A stretch of DNA of 64,000 nt from an uncultured Syntrophobacteraceae bacterium (GTDB taxonomy: Bacteria; Desulfobacterota; Binatia; UBA9968). Below are positions 17,466-27,154 of this stretch, piece after piece (position 1 is the stretch's first letter; each line of letters begins with the position of its first letter). The DNA is taken from positions 57,940 to 121,939 of the forward strand of contig CAYOJC010000001.1 in NCBI GenBank assembly GCA_964404195.1, given 5' to 3'. The notes beneath the pieces are model-generated. The model was not told the origin of the DNA and made no database searches. It saw only the letters and a list, made by a program, of their open reading frames with translations. The translations under genes were made by a program, and so were the position numbers.

Positions 17466-18896
17466 ATGGATGACTTGAGAGCTTGGTTGAAAGAGATAGA
17501 CGCGCTGGGTCAACTGAAGCAGGTGAACGGCGCGTCAACGAACCTGGAGATCGGCGTGATCACGGAGATCAACGGACAGCGGAGGGGCCCGGCGCTTTTG
17601 TTCGACAACATACCGGGCTTTCAAAAAGGTTTCAGGATTTTGTCCGGTTCGAGCCTCAACGCCAAGAGGCTCGCCTTGACGCTCGGCTTCCGCGACATCG
17701 ACACCGACCGGCAGCTCATCTCGCGCCTCGAAGGAAAGATGAGCGAGTTCGAGCGCAAGGCGCGGGATTATCCCACGAAGGACGTTTCGAGCGGCTCCGT
17801 CTTGCAGAATCGACTTTCCGAGCAGCAAGTCGATCTGCTGAAATTTCCCGCGCCCAAGTGGCACGAGCACGACGGCGGCAACTATCTCGGCACGGGCTGC
17901 ATCGTCGTCACCAAGGATCCCGACAGCGGCAGGATCAACTTCGGGTCGTACCGGCTGATGGTGCAGGATAAAAAAACCGTCACGCTGCACATTTCTCCGG
18001 CGCATCACGGCGCGATCAACGTGAGAAAATATCACGAGCGCGGGGAAGCCGCGCCGGTCGCCGTTTCGTTAGGCCACCATCCGCTCTATCTCATCATCTC
18101 GGGCATGGGGATTTCCTACGGCATTTCGGAATACGAATATTTCGGCGCGGTGACGGGGGAATCCGCTGCGGTGATTCGCGGTGAGGCGACGGGATTGCCG
18201 ATTCCGGCGGCGAGCGAGATCGCCTTCGAAGGTTTCTGTCCTCCCGGCGAGTTGCGCGAAGAGGGGCCTTTCGGCGAATATACCGGCTACTATGCATCGG
18301 GCCGGGGCAAAGAGCCGATCATCGACGTCAAGGCGGTCTACCACAGGGACGATCCGATTATCCTCGGCGTGCCGCCGGGACGTCCGCCGCACGACTACTC
18401 TTACGCCAGCGTGCTGATGAAATCCGTCAACGTCAAAGAGTCGCTCGTCAAAGACGGCATCCCGGACGTCAAAGGCGTGTGGTTTCACGAGGCGGCCGGT
18501 GTGAATTTTTTCGGCGTCGTGTCCATACGCCAGAGATATCCCGGTCACGCGCGCCAGGCGGGCCACGTCGCGGCGCAGTGCCAGGCGGCGGGAAATCACC
18601 TGGGCCGCTACATCGTCGTCGTGGACGACGATATCGATCCGACGGATCTGAATGAAGTCATCTGGGCGATCGGAACCAGGTCCAATCCGGAAAAGGATAT
18701 CGACTTGATCCGCAACACCTACACGAGCCCGCTCGATCCGATCTATTCCAGGGAGAAAAAAGGCGGCTTCGGCACTCGCGCGGTCATCGATGCCTGCAAG
18801 CCCTACGATTGGATCAACGAATTTCCCAAGGTCGCGTCGACGAGCGCGGAGGAAAGAAAAAAAGTGCTGACGAAGTGGAAACAGCTCTTCGAATAG
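17466..18896 (+). CDS. UbiD-family decarboxylase (copy 4)
   Basis: MDDLRAW…GPALLFDNIPGFQKGFR. GAGGAGGA RBS. The track ORF 17298.. is an upstream extension. Confidence 0.85.
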   Translation: MDDLRAWLKEIDALGQLKQVNGASTNLEIGVITEINGQRRGPALLFDNIPGFQKGFRILSGSSLNAKRLALTLGFRDIDTDRQLISRLEGKMSEFERKARDYPTKDVSSGSVLQNRLSEQQVDLLKFPAPKWHEHDGGNYLGTGCIVVTKDPDSGRINFGSYRLMVQDKKTVTLHISPAHHGAINVRKYHERGEAAPVAVSLGHHPLYLIISGMGISYGISEYEYFGAVTGESAAVIRGEATGLPIPAASEIAFEGFCPPGELREEGPFGEYTGYYASGRGKEPIIDVKAVYHRDDPIILGVPPGRPPHDYSYASVLMKSVNVKESLVKDGIPDVKGVWFHEAAGVNFFGVVSIRQRYPGHARQAGHVAAQCQAAGNHLGRYIVVVDDDIDPTDLNEVIWAIGTRSNPEKDIDLIRNTYTSPLDPIYSREKKGGFGTRAVIDACKPYDWINEFPKVASTSAEERKKVLTKWKQLFE

Positions 18897-19093
18897 ACTC
18901 TGAGAGTGTGTGAGAAAATTCGTTCATGGTTCGACAAGCTCACCACGAGCGGAATAGCGTAGATGGTAATTCAAGCACTTATCCGTTTGTCCTGAGCTTG
19001 TTGAAGGGCGATCGGCAATTTTTTCACACATTCTGAGAGGATCTCCTATGGACCGGGAAACGATCGGTCGCATTATCGTGAGGCCATTCTTTT

Positions 19094-20194
19094 ATGAAAT
19101 ATGCTAGCGACCAAAGAGTAGACACCTATCGCGACTGGCAGGCGGCGCAAAAAATCCCGATCAACAGGGGATTTTTTATCGGAGACTTGAAAAAAGTGGA
19201 AGTGGCTCCCTGGGATCTCAAGGGCGGGCTGGGGGCATTCATCAACCTCGAGGGCACCGGCGAGGCCAACGATGCCTACGTATGCGAGATCCCGCCCGGA
19301 AACCAATTAAGACCGCAAAAACACCTCTTCGAGGAGATGGTCTTCATCGTCGACGGACACGGCGCGACCTCCGTCTGGCAGGAAAACGGCAAGAAGCACA
19401 TCTTCGAGTGGCATCCCGGCAGTTTATTTGCGATTCCGCTCAATGCCAGGTACCAGCACTTCAACGGACAGGGAAACGCCCCGGCGCGGTATTTTGCCGT
19501 GACCAACGCTCCTTTTATGATGAATCTGTTCCACAACCTGGATTTCATCTTCGATAACGTGTTCACTTTTACGGACCGCTTTTCGACCGAGGAGGACGAC
19601 TATTTCAGCGGCGAAGGGCAGTTGTGGGGAGACAAGCTGTCGGTCAACCTCGTCCCGGATACGCGAAAAATCCGGCTCTATGAAAAAAAAGCGCGCGGCG
19701 CCGGAGGGAATAGGCAAGTCTTATTCGACCTCGCCGGCAATACCATGATGGCTCACATCTCGGAATTCGGCGTCGGCTCCTACAAGAAGGCGCACCGCCA
19801 CGGTCCGGGGGCTCACGTGACCATTTTAAGCGGCCAGGGCTACTCTCTTTTATGGCCGGAAGGAAAAGAGCCGGCGCGCGTGGACTGGAAACCCGGCAGC
19901 GTCGTGGTACCGCCGAACCAGTGGTTTCACCAGCATTTCAACACCAGCGCCGAGCCGGTCCGCTATCTGGCGCTCCGCTGGAACAGTTGGCGTTATCGTT
20001 TTCCCATATTCAAAAACGAAAACACACCGACGGACAAAAGTGTCAAAGAGGGAGGCACGCAGATCGAGTACGAAGATGAAGACCCGAAGATTCACGAATT
20101 GTTCGAAGCCGCTCTCGTAAAGGCGGGGGCCCCATGCAGGATGGGCGCCGCGGTGCCCTGGTGCACGCAGAAGGAAGCTGCGCGGGCGGTCTGA
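19094..20194 (+). CDS. bicupin-fold protein (paralog family A, copy 1)
   Basis: 366 aa. The C-terminal cupin has KAHRHGPGAHVTILSGQGYS…PPNQWFHQHFN. Close paralogs lie at 21899 and 27155(-). Confidence 0.65.
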   Translation: MKYASDQRVDTYRDWQAAQKIPINRGFFIGDLKKVEVAPWDLKGGLGAFINLEGTGEANDAYVCEIPPGNQLRPQKHLFEEMVFIVDGHGATSVWQENGKKHIFEWHPGSLFAIPLNARYQHFNGQGNAPARYFAVTNAPFMMNLFHNLDFIFDNVFTFTDRFSTEEDDYFSGEGQLWGDKLSVNLVPDTRKIRLYEKKARGAGGNRQVLFDLAGNTMMAHISEFGVGSYKKAHRHGPGAHVTILSGQGYSLLWPEGKEPARVDWKPGSVVVPPNQWFHQHFNTSAEPVRYLALRWNSWRYRFPIFKNENTPTDKSVKEGGTQIEYEDEDPKIHELFEAALVKAGAPCRMGAAVPWCTQKEAARAV

Positions 20195-20199
20195 TCACC

Positions 20200-20250
20200 C
20201 ACCGTTTGCCCTTCGACAAGCTCAGGGCGAACGGTGGCGAGTTTTTTTCC
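20200..20250 (+). terminator. REP hairpin doubling as an intrinsic terminator after the bicupin copy-1 gene
   Basis: The 13-bp stem caccgtttgccct/agggcgaacggtg (20200-20236) is followed by gcgagttttttt. Confidence 0.45.
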
Positions 20251-20278
20251 GTTCGTGCTGAGCGTGTCGAAGCACGAA
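20200..20278. repeat. REP-like composite element (hairpin A 'FDKLRANG-type' plus hairpin B ttcgtgct…agcacgaa)
   Basis: Two palindromes. The same pair, inverted, lies at 27044-27150 downstream of the bicupin copy-3 gene. Degenerate remnants lie at 18900-19020. Confidence 0.55.
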
Positions 20279-20309
20279 GATGTGACACGTTCGTTTCAGG
20301 AGATTTTTT

Positions 20310-21860
20310 ATGATGCACGTTCTCGTCGCCGTTTCGACATTTTTATTTTTCGCCGCTTCCGCTCCCGCCGCGGAAGCGCCCCGCTATGGAGGGCGGCTGG
20401 TTTTCGGCATTCGCAGCGATATCTCCTCCCTGAATCCTTTTCTCCGCACCAGCTCCACCAACTACTACGTGCGCGGTCTGGCCTACGAGGCGCTCCTGGA
20501 TTTCGACAAGACTGGAAAATTGGTGCCATCGCTGGCGCAGTCCTGGAGTGTATCTCCCGACGGCAAAAGCTACACCTTCAAGCTCAGGACAGGCGTAAGA
20601 TTCCATAACGGAAAGGAATTGTCCGCCGAGGATGTGAAGTGGAGCGCGGATTATGCGCTCGACCCCAAGAACGCGGCATCGGGGTTTACGATCTTGAAAC
20701 ACCTGCAAGCGGTCAACGTCAAGGACAGCCTCACCGTAGAGTTCGTTCTGAAGCAGCCGATGGGCGCATTTCTCAATCTGCTCGCGACGGTCCGCGCCTT
20801 TCCGATTATTCCGAAGGAGTCGCTCCCGGAAGGAACGGCCAGGGTGCTGAGTCCCCCTCCCGGCACGGGCCCTTTTATATTCAAGGAACACAAGCCGGCG
20901 CGGGAAATGGTCTTCGCGCGCAACAAAAACTACTGGCAAAAAGGTCTCCCCTACCTGGACGAGCTGGTGCTGAAGACGGTGGTGGAGGACCAGGTCCGTT
21001 TCATCTCCGTGCGCAGCGGCGATCTGGATATGATCGAGAGAACTCCCTACGCCGCTATCCGAAAGCTGCTCACGGGCGGATCTCCCGACCTCAAGACTAC
21101 CGAGGTCAAATACGCCGGCTATCGCCGCCTGCTTTTCAACGTCGCCGATCCGCCGTTCAACAATCTCAAATTGCGCCAGGCGGTGCTCTATGCCCTGGAC
21201 AAAAGGAAGTATATCGAAGGGGCGTTCTGGGGCTTTGGACAGCCGGTGGATCAGGTGTTTCCCCAGGAGAGTCCCTGGAAGGTGAAGCTCGCTGAGATTA
21301 AACCGGATCCGGCCAAGGCGAGGGCGCTGTTGAAAGAGGCCGGCCTCGGGCCGGATGTGGAAGTCGAGCTTTCGGGGCTAAAGTCGGAGGAAGAAGAGCT
21401 GCAAGTCATTCAACAGCAATTGGTCGGCGCCGGCTTCAAGGCAAAAGTTTTAGTCCTGGAAAGAGGCGCGCGGGGGTCGCGCGAGAGCCGGGGCGATTTC
21501 ATGATGGTGCTCAGCGGAAGCGATATCCCCAATGACCCGGAAGAGGAGTACCCGAGCGAGTTCGGGTGCGCCGAGGAAGAGGTCAAGGCCAAAAATCGGA
21601 CCGAGAACACGTCCGGCTACTGCAACCCGGAGGTGGACCGGCTGCTGGCGGAGGCGTCGAAGACCATGGATCATAAAAAACGCTACGAGGTTTTTGCTCG
21701 GGTCACCCGCATCCTTCACGAGGAAATACCGGGCATCCCTTTGGTCTTCGTGCCGCGCTTTTTCACCTACCAAAATAAAGTGAGAGGATTCGAGACCGAC
21801 TTCGACGGCCGCTTCAATTTGACTACGGCCGGTTTTTCCCGGGTATGGATAGCGCGGTGA
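20310..21860 (+). CDS. ABC transporter substrate-binding protein, family 5 (DppA-like), copy 2
   Basis: MMHVLVAVSTFLFFAASAPAAEAPRYGGRLVFGIRSDISSLNPF. GGAG RBS. Confidence 0.85.
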   Translation: MMHVLVAVSTFLFFAASAPAAEAPRYGGRLVFGIRSDISSLNPFLRTSSTNYYVRGLAYEALLDFDKTGKLVPSLAQSWSVSPDGKSYTFKLRTGVRFHNGKELSAEDVKWSADYALDPKNAASGFTILKHLQAVNVKDSLTVEFVLKQPMGAFLNLLATVRAFPIIPKESLPEGTARVLSPPPGTGPFIFKEHKPAREMVFARNKNYWQKGLPYLDELVLKTVVEDQVRFISVRSGDLDMIERTPYAAIRKLLTGGSPDLKTTEVKYAGYRRLLFNVADPPFNNLKLRQAVLYALDKRKYIEGAFWGFGQPVDQVFPQESPWKVKLAEIKPDPAKARALLKEAGLGPDVEVELSGLKSEEEELQVIQQQLVGAGFKAKVLVLERGARGSRESRGDFMMVLSGSDIPNDPEEEYPSEFGCAEEEVKAKNRTENTSGYCNPEVDRLLAEASKTMDHKKRYEVFARVTRILHEEIPGIPLVFVPRFFTYQNKVRGFETDFDGRFNLTTAGFSRVWIAR

Positions 21861-21898
21861 CGCGCAGAGCAGAGCGCGGGCAGAATGGGGGATAAGAT

Positions 21899-23026
21899 AT
21901 GAGCGACTTCGACAGGCTGATGAATGCATTGCAGCAGACGGGCTATCATCAGTGGATGAAGAGCGAGGGACTCCCCGTGGTCGTCGGTCACGGCGTCGAG
22001 GATGTCCGCGACATAAAACTTCTTCCCTGGCGGCGCACCGGCGGCCTGGGCGCCTTCGTTCATCTCCACGGGATGGAAGGGGTCACCGGCATGTACGTAG
22101 CCGAAATCCCGCCCGGAGCGGCATTGGAGCCGGAAAGACACATCTATGAAGAGCTCATCTGCATCCTCGACGGGCAGGGAGCGACGGAAGTCTGGCAGGA
22201 GGGCAAGAAAAAAAGTCTCTTCGAGTGGGGACGCATGAGCCTCTTTTCCCCGCCGCTCAACAGTTGGCATCGATTGATCAACGGAGGACGGGAGCCGGTC
22301 AAGTTTTTGGCCGTGACGAACGCGCCGATGATTTTGGACGCTTACCGCAACTCCGAGTTCGTTTTTAACAACTCGTTTGTGTTTTCGGACCGCTTTGCCG
22401 GAGAAGAGGGTTATTTCAACGTGGGCCAAAAACGCTACGCGAGCGGAAACGCCAACGTCTGGGAGACCAACTTCGTTCCCGACATTCTTGCGGCGCGCGT
22501 GGACGAACACGAGTCGAAAGGAACCGGGGTCAAGCTGACCCAGTTTCAGATGACGGGAAATTCGATGATCGCCCATGTGGCTCACTGGCCCGCCGCCCGC
22601 TATCAAAAGGCGCATTATCATGGGCCCGGCGCCGTTCTGCTGGGCCTGGAATCGGAAGGTTACGTGATCATGTGGTCCAAAGACCTGGGTGTCAGACCTT
22701 ACCAGAACGGGCATGCAGAAGAGGTGTTGGAGTTGAAATGGAAAGCGGGGAGCATCTATTGCCCCCCGGGCGGCTGGTTTCACCAACACTTCAATACCGC
22801 GGGGAAGCCCGCGCGCCACATCGCGCTCCGCTACAGCGGGAGGAATCACCCCACGGGTCTTTTGCTGGCCGGCAAGCGCCATGAAGACGGAACGACGACA
22901 TCCATTAAGAGAGGCGGTACGTTAATCGAATACGAAGACGAAGACCCTGAGATTCGCCGGCGATTTGAAGCCGCATTGAAACAGGAAGGAGTGCGGTCGG
23001 ACATGCCGCAGGTCGCGTACGCATAG
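21899..23026 (+). CDS. bicupin-fold protein (paralog family A, copy 2)
   Basis: 375 aa. KAHYHGPGAVLLGLESEGY…PPGGWFHQHFN. Confidence 0.65.
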   Translation: MSDFDRLMNALQQTGYHQWMKSEGLPVVVGHGVEDVRDIKLLPWRRTGGLGAFVHLHGMEGVTGMYVAEIPPGAALEPERHIYEELICILDGQGATEVWQEGKKKSLFEWGRMSLFSPPLNSWHRLINGGREPVKFLAVTNAPMILDAYRNSEFVFNNSFVFSDRFAGEEGYFNVGQKRYASGNANVWETNFVPDILAARVDEHESKGTGVKLTQFQMTGNSMIAHVAHWPAARYQKAHYHGPGAVLLGLESEGYVIMWSKDLGVRPYQNGHAEEVLELKWKAGSIYCPPGGWFHQHFNTAGKPARHIALRYSGRNHPTGLLLAGKRHEDGTTTSIKRGGTLIEYEDEDPEIRRRFEAALKQEGVRSDMPQVAYA

Positions 23027-23030
23027 GAAA

Positions 23031-23111
23031 ATGGAGTGTTGGAGTAAAGGAGTATTGGAGTGTTGGGTCTCAAGCGGTACTCCATCCCTCCACCACTCCA
23101 ATACTCCAACT
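23031..23111. promoter_or_regulatory. cluster of direct and inverted GGAGTNTTGGAGT repeats forming an ~18-bp imperfect stem
   Basis: ggagtgttggagt (23033-45), ggagtattggagtgttgg (23049-66) and the inverted ccaccactccaatactcc (23091-108). It sits between the bicupin copy-2 stop and the XDH copy-3 start, and is low in GC relative to its surroundings. Confidence 0.35.
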
Positions 23112-23140
23112 CATGACAACGCTGATGAGGAAATAGCAGC

Positions 23141-25390
23141 ATGGCTAAATTTCGTGTCATCGGCCGACCGCTTGAACGCGAGGACGGGCTGGGGAAAGTC
23201 AACGGCGAGGCGCGCTACACGGCCGACGTGATCCGTCCGGGGACGCTCTGGGGCAAAGTTTTGCGGAGCCCTTTGCCGCACGCGCGCATTATCAATATAG
23301 ACACGAGCCGGGCGAAGGCGTTGCCCGGCGTCAAAGCCGTCATCACCGCCGCGGACGTGAGCCCGAAGTTGATCGGCCATACGTTCCCCGATTCGCCGGC
23401 GCTGGCGCGCGAGCGCGTGCGTTTTGTCGGCGACAAAGTCGCCGCCGTCGCCGCCGTGGACAAGGACATCGCCGAAGAGGCGGTGAGTCTGATCGACGTG
23501 GAGTACGACGAGCTGCCGGCGGTCTTCGATCCGCTGGAGGCGATGAAGCCCGACGCGCCTCTGATCCATCCGGATTACGCGAGTTATAATCTGCCAAAGA
23601 GCAAGGCGCCGGAGCGCCGCAACGTGCAGAACATGCTGACCGCCGGGAAGGGTAACGTCGAGCAGGGCTTCGCCGAATCGGACAAAATATTCGAGCATAC
23701 GTTCCGCACGCAGATGGTGCACCAGGGCTACATCGAGCCCAACACGTGCTCGGTGGAGATCGACGGCGAAGGCAGAGTTTTAGTCTGGGCAGCGACGCAG
23801 TCGCCCTTCAGCGTGCGCGATCAAATGGCGCACTACCTGGAGGTGCCAAAGGACCGGGTGATCCTGCACCCGGTGGTCGTCGGCGGATCGTTCGGCGGCA
23901 AGGATTACTTGACCGACATTCCCCTCGCCTATTATTTAGCCAGGGCGACCGGCAAGCCCGTCCGTTTCGTCAGGACTTATGCGGAGGAGCTGATGGCCGC
24001 CTCGCCGCGCCATCCTTCGATCATTGTTCTTCGCACCGGCATCAAAAGCGACGGCCGCTTGTGGGCGCGGGAAGCGCGGGTGATCTATAACGGCGGCGCT
24101 TACGGCGCCTTCAAGCCGAGCCCGCCGGCGCACATGAGCGGCGGACTGACAATGGGCGGCGCGTACCGCGTTCCCCACACCCGCCACGAAAGTATGTGTG
24201 TCTATACGAATCAGGTTCCGGGCGGTTACATGCGCGCCTCAGGCGAGTTGCAGACTGTCTTCGCGACCGAGACACACATGGACATGATCGCGCACGAATT
24301 AAAAATAGATCCGTTGGAGTTTCGCTTCATGAACGCGTTGGTCGAGGGCGATTCCAATTACGCCGGCTTCGAGTATCGGGACATCAAGTGCCGCGAAGTG
24401 CTCGAACGCGCGCGGAAGGTTTGGAAAAAACCCAGGTTGAAGCCGCAGAAACCGGGAAATTTGACCGGCCGCGGCATCGCGTTGACGTGCCGGCACATTG
24501 GCCAGGGTCAGTCTGAAGCCGAGCTCCTGCTGGGAAAAGACGGAAACGTCCGGCTCAACGTCGGGATTCTCGACGTCGGCACCGGAGTTCACGTCATCCA
24601 AAAGCAGATCGTAGCGGAGATTCTCGGCATCGAGCCGGAGCGCGTCAGCGTCGAAGTGCCGGACACGAACCACGCGCCCTATCACGACGGAATCAAGGGG
24701 CAGGGCGCGACGCACGTCATCGGCCAAGGGGTCGCGCGCGCGACGCAGGCGCTGATCGAAAGTTTGAAGGCGCGCGCGGCAATTCAATGGGAAGTCGAGC
24801 CCGCGCAGGTCGAATGGAAGGACGGCGGCGTTCATCTCATCACCGGCAAGCAAAGGCTCGATCTCAAGCAGCTCGCGGCGCTGGCGCCCGGCGAGCCGGG
24901 CCGCGGCTTTGCATATTACGATGGACGGATACGACCGCGGGAGCACATCTTTCAGGCGGCGATCTCGGATGTCGAAGTCGACCGTGACACCGGACAGGTC
25001 GAGGTGAGGCGAATGAGCACGTTCCACGATGTCTCGGTGGTCATCAATCCAACCACGCACCAGGGGCAGATCGAAGGCGGGATGATGCAAGGACTGGGAA
25101 TGGCTTTATGCGAGGAGATCGTCCTCGACGAGGGGCGCGTGACGACGCTGACGCTGGGCGATTACAAGATGCTCACGGCGCGCGATATCCCGGCGCGCGA
25201 GACCACGCTCGTTCACGGCGCCACGCATGGACCGGGCCCGTTCAACGCCAAACCGGCGGCCGAGCACGCCATCACGCCGATTCCTCCGGCGGTGGGAAAT
25301 GCGGTTTTCAATGCGACCGGCGTTCGGCTTACCAGCCTGCCGATAACGGCGGAGAAGGTCCACCAGGGACTAAAAAAGCCGTGCTCGTGA
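23141..25390 (+). CDS. xanthine dehydrogenase-family molybdopterin-binding large subunit (copy 3)
   Basis: MAKFRVIGRPLEREDGLGKVNGEARYTADV…GGYMRASGELQTVFATETH. 749 aa. Confidence 0.85.
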   Translation: MAKFRVIGRPLEREDGLGKVNGEARYTADVIRPGTLWGKVLRSPLPHARIINIDTSRAKALPGVKAVITAADVSPKLIGHTFPDSPALARERVRFVGDKVAAVAAVDKDIAEEAVSLIDVEYDELPAVFDPLEAMKPDAPLIHPDYASYNLPKSKAPERRNVQNMLTAGKGNVEQGFAESDKIFEHTFRTQMVHQGYIEPNTCSVEIDGEGRVLVWAATQSPFSVRDQMAHYLEVPKDRVILHPVVVGGSFGGKDYLTDIPLAYYLARATGKPVRFVRTYAEELMAASPRHPSIIVLRTGIKSDGRLWAREARVIYNGGAYGAFKPSPPAHMSGGLTMGGAYRVPHTRHESMCVYTNQVPGGYMRASGELQTVFATETHMDMIAHELKIDPLEFRFMNALVEGDSNYAGFEYRDIKCREVLERARKVWKKPRLKPQKPGNLTGRGIALTCRHIGQGQSEAELLLGKDGNVRLNVGILDVGTGVHVIQKQIVAEILGIEPERVSVEVPDTNHAPYHDGIKGQGATHVIGQGVARATQALIESLKARAAIQWEVEPAQVEWKDGGVHLITGKQRLDLKQLAALAPGEPGRGFAYYDGRIRPREHIFQAAISDVEVDRDTGQVEVRRMSTFHDVSVVINPTTHQGQIEGGMMQGLGMALCEEIVLDEGRVTTLTLGDYKMLTARDIPARETTLVHGATHGPGPFNAKPAAEHAITPIPPAVGNAVFNATGVRLTSLPITAEKVHQGLKKPCS

Positions 25391-25466
25391 TCGTGGCTCG
25401 TGCTCGTGCCGAAAAAACGAACACGAAACTTTGTAGGCCGCCTTCGAAGTGACACGAACACGTTTT

Positions 25467-27011
25467 CTACGGCGCGATCCAAACCCGGGAAAAACCCGCC
25501 GTCGTCATGTTGAAGCGGCCGTCCCAGTCGGTTTCGAAGCCGCGCACCTTCTTATGATACGTGTAGTAGCGCGGGATAAACGCCAGCGGGATTTCCGGAA
25601 CTTCTTCGTTGACGATGCGCACCACCTTGGCCCAGACTTCGTAGCGCTTCTTGGGGTCGATGGTCTTCGCCGCCTCCGCCATCAAGCGGTCCACTTCTTT
25701 GTTGCAATAGCCGGACGAATTCTCGCCGCGTTTTTTCGCTTTGACCTCGTCCTCGTTGCAGCTAAGCTCTCCGGGATATTCCATGCCCAGTTCGGTCGGC
25801 ACGTCGCTGCCGCTCAGAATCATCATGAAATCGCCCCTGCTTTCACGCGTCTCGCGCGCGCCTCTTTCCAATATCGTGACTTTGGTTTTTATCCCCGCCG
25901 AGGACAACAGGCTCTGAATCACTTGCAGTTCCTCGCCTTCGGTCTGCAAGCCCATCAGCTCGACTTCGAGGTTGGGCGAAACGCCCGCTTCCTTGAGGAG
26001 CGCCTTGACCTTTTCCAGGTCGCGCTTCACCTCGGGAAGTTTCATGTGCCAGGGACTCTCCTTCGGAACCAACTGGTCCGCGGGCTCGCCCAGTCCCCAG
26101 AACGCGCCTTCGATAAATTGTTTTTTGTCGAGCGCGTAGCGCACCGCCTGGCGCAGCTTTAAATTATTAAACGGCGGATCCACGACGTTAAACAGCATGC
26201 GGCGAAAGCCGGCGTACTTAGCCTCGGTTGCCCTGAGATCGGGATATTCCCCTTTGAGAACGCTCCGCACGGAACCGTAAGCCGTTCTTTCAACCATATC
26301 GACGTCGCCGGCGCGCACCGAGGTGAAGCGGACCGTCTCGTCGCGAATCGGGCGCAGGACCAGCTCGTCGAGATAGGGAAGCCCCTTATGCCAGTAATCC
26401 GCGTGGCGCATGAAGACGATCTCCCGGTCGGGTTTGTAGTCTTTGAACGCGAACGGGCCCGTTCCCGGCGGCATCGTTTGCGCGCGCGGATCGGTAATCG
26501 ACCCTTCAGGCACGATGGGAAACGGACGGATCGAACCCAGCGTGGCCAAAAAAGCCGAATCGACTTCCTTCATTACGAACTCGACGGTGTACTTGTCCTT
26601 GACGTTGACCGCGCCGACGTTTCGGAGCGGAACCAGACCGGTGGGGGCGTTCTTCGGATCCATGGCGTAGGCGACGCTCCATTTCACGTCCGCCGCGGTC
26701 ATCTCCTTGCCGTTGTGGAATTTGACCCCGCGCCGCAAGTTGAAGGTATAAAGTTTTCCGTCGGGCGAAACTTTCCACGACGTGGCGAGCGCGGGGACCA
26801 TCTTGCTGTCCTTGTCGAAGTCGATCAGCGGCTCGTAAACGATGCCGCGCACGGCGAAATTCGTGGATGTGGTGCGCTGGAAGGGATTGACCGCCGTAAT
26901 GTCGTTGCGCAGTCCTAAAATAAGACGGCCGCCACGCCGCGGAGTTTCCGCGGCGTGCGCGGAGGCGGTGAAAAGTAAAAGCGTCAAACCGGCGACGATG
27001 ATGTGGATCAT
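25467..27011 (-). CDS. ABC transporter substrate-binding protein, family 5 (DppA-like), copy 3
   Basis: MIHIIVAGLTLLLFTASAHAAETPRRGGRLILGL. GGAG RBS. The track ORF is extended to 27428. Confidence 0.8.
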   Translation of the reverse strand: MIHIIVAGLTLLLFTASAHAAETPRRGGRLILGLRNDITAVNPFQRTTSTNFAVRGIVYEPLIDFDKDSKMVPALATSWKVSPDGKLYTFNLRRGVKFHNGKEMTAADVKWSVAYAMDPKNAPTGLVPLRNVGAVNVKDKYTVEFVMKEVDSAFLATLGSIRPFPIVPEGSITDPRAQTMPPGTGPFAFKDYKPDREIVFMRHADYWHKGLPYLDELVLRPIRDETVRFTSVRAGDVDMVERTAYGSVRSVLKGEYPDLRATEAKYAGFRRMLFNVVDPPFNNLKLRQAVRYALDKKQFIEGAFWGLGEPADQLVPKESPWHMKLPEVKRDLEKVKALLKEAGVSPNLEVELMGLQTEGEELQVIQSLLSSAGIKTKVTILERGARETRESRGDFMMILSGSDVPTELGMEYPGELSCNEDEVKAKKRGENSSGYCNKEVDRLMAEAAKTIDPKKRYEVWAKVVRIVNEEVPEIPLAFIPRYYTYHKKVRGFETDWDGRFNMTTAGFSRVWIAP

Positions 27012-27043
27012 AAAAAATCTCCTGAAAGGAACTTGTCGGCATC

Positions 27044-27150
27044 TTCGTGCTTCGACAGGCTCAGCACAAACGGAAAAATGAACCTCGCCACCGTTCGCCC
27101 TGAGCCCTTCGGCTTCGCTCGGGACAGGCCCGTCGAAGGGTGAACGGTGG
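27044..27150. repeat. REP-like composite element, an inverted copy of 20200-20278
   Basis: Hairpin B is ttcgtgct…agcacaaa (27044-70). Hairpin A is gccaccgttcgccct…agggtgaacggtgg (27087-150). On the minus strand it is followed by a T-run (catttttcc). Confidence 0.5.
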
Positions 27151-27154
27151 GTTG

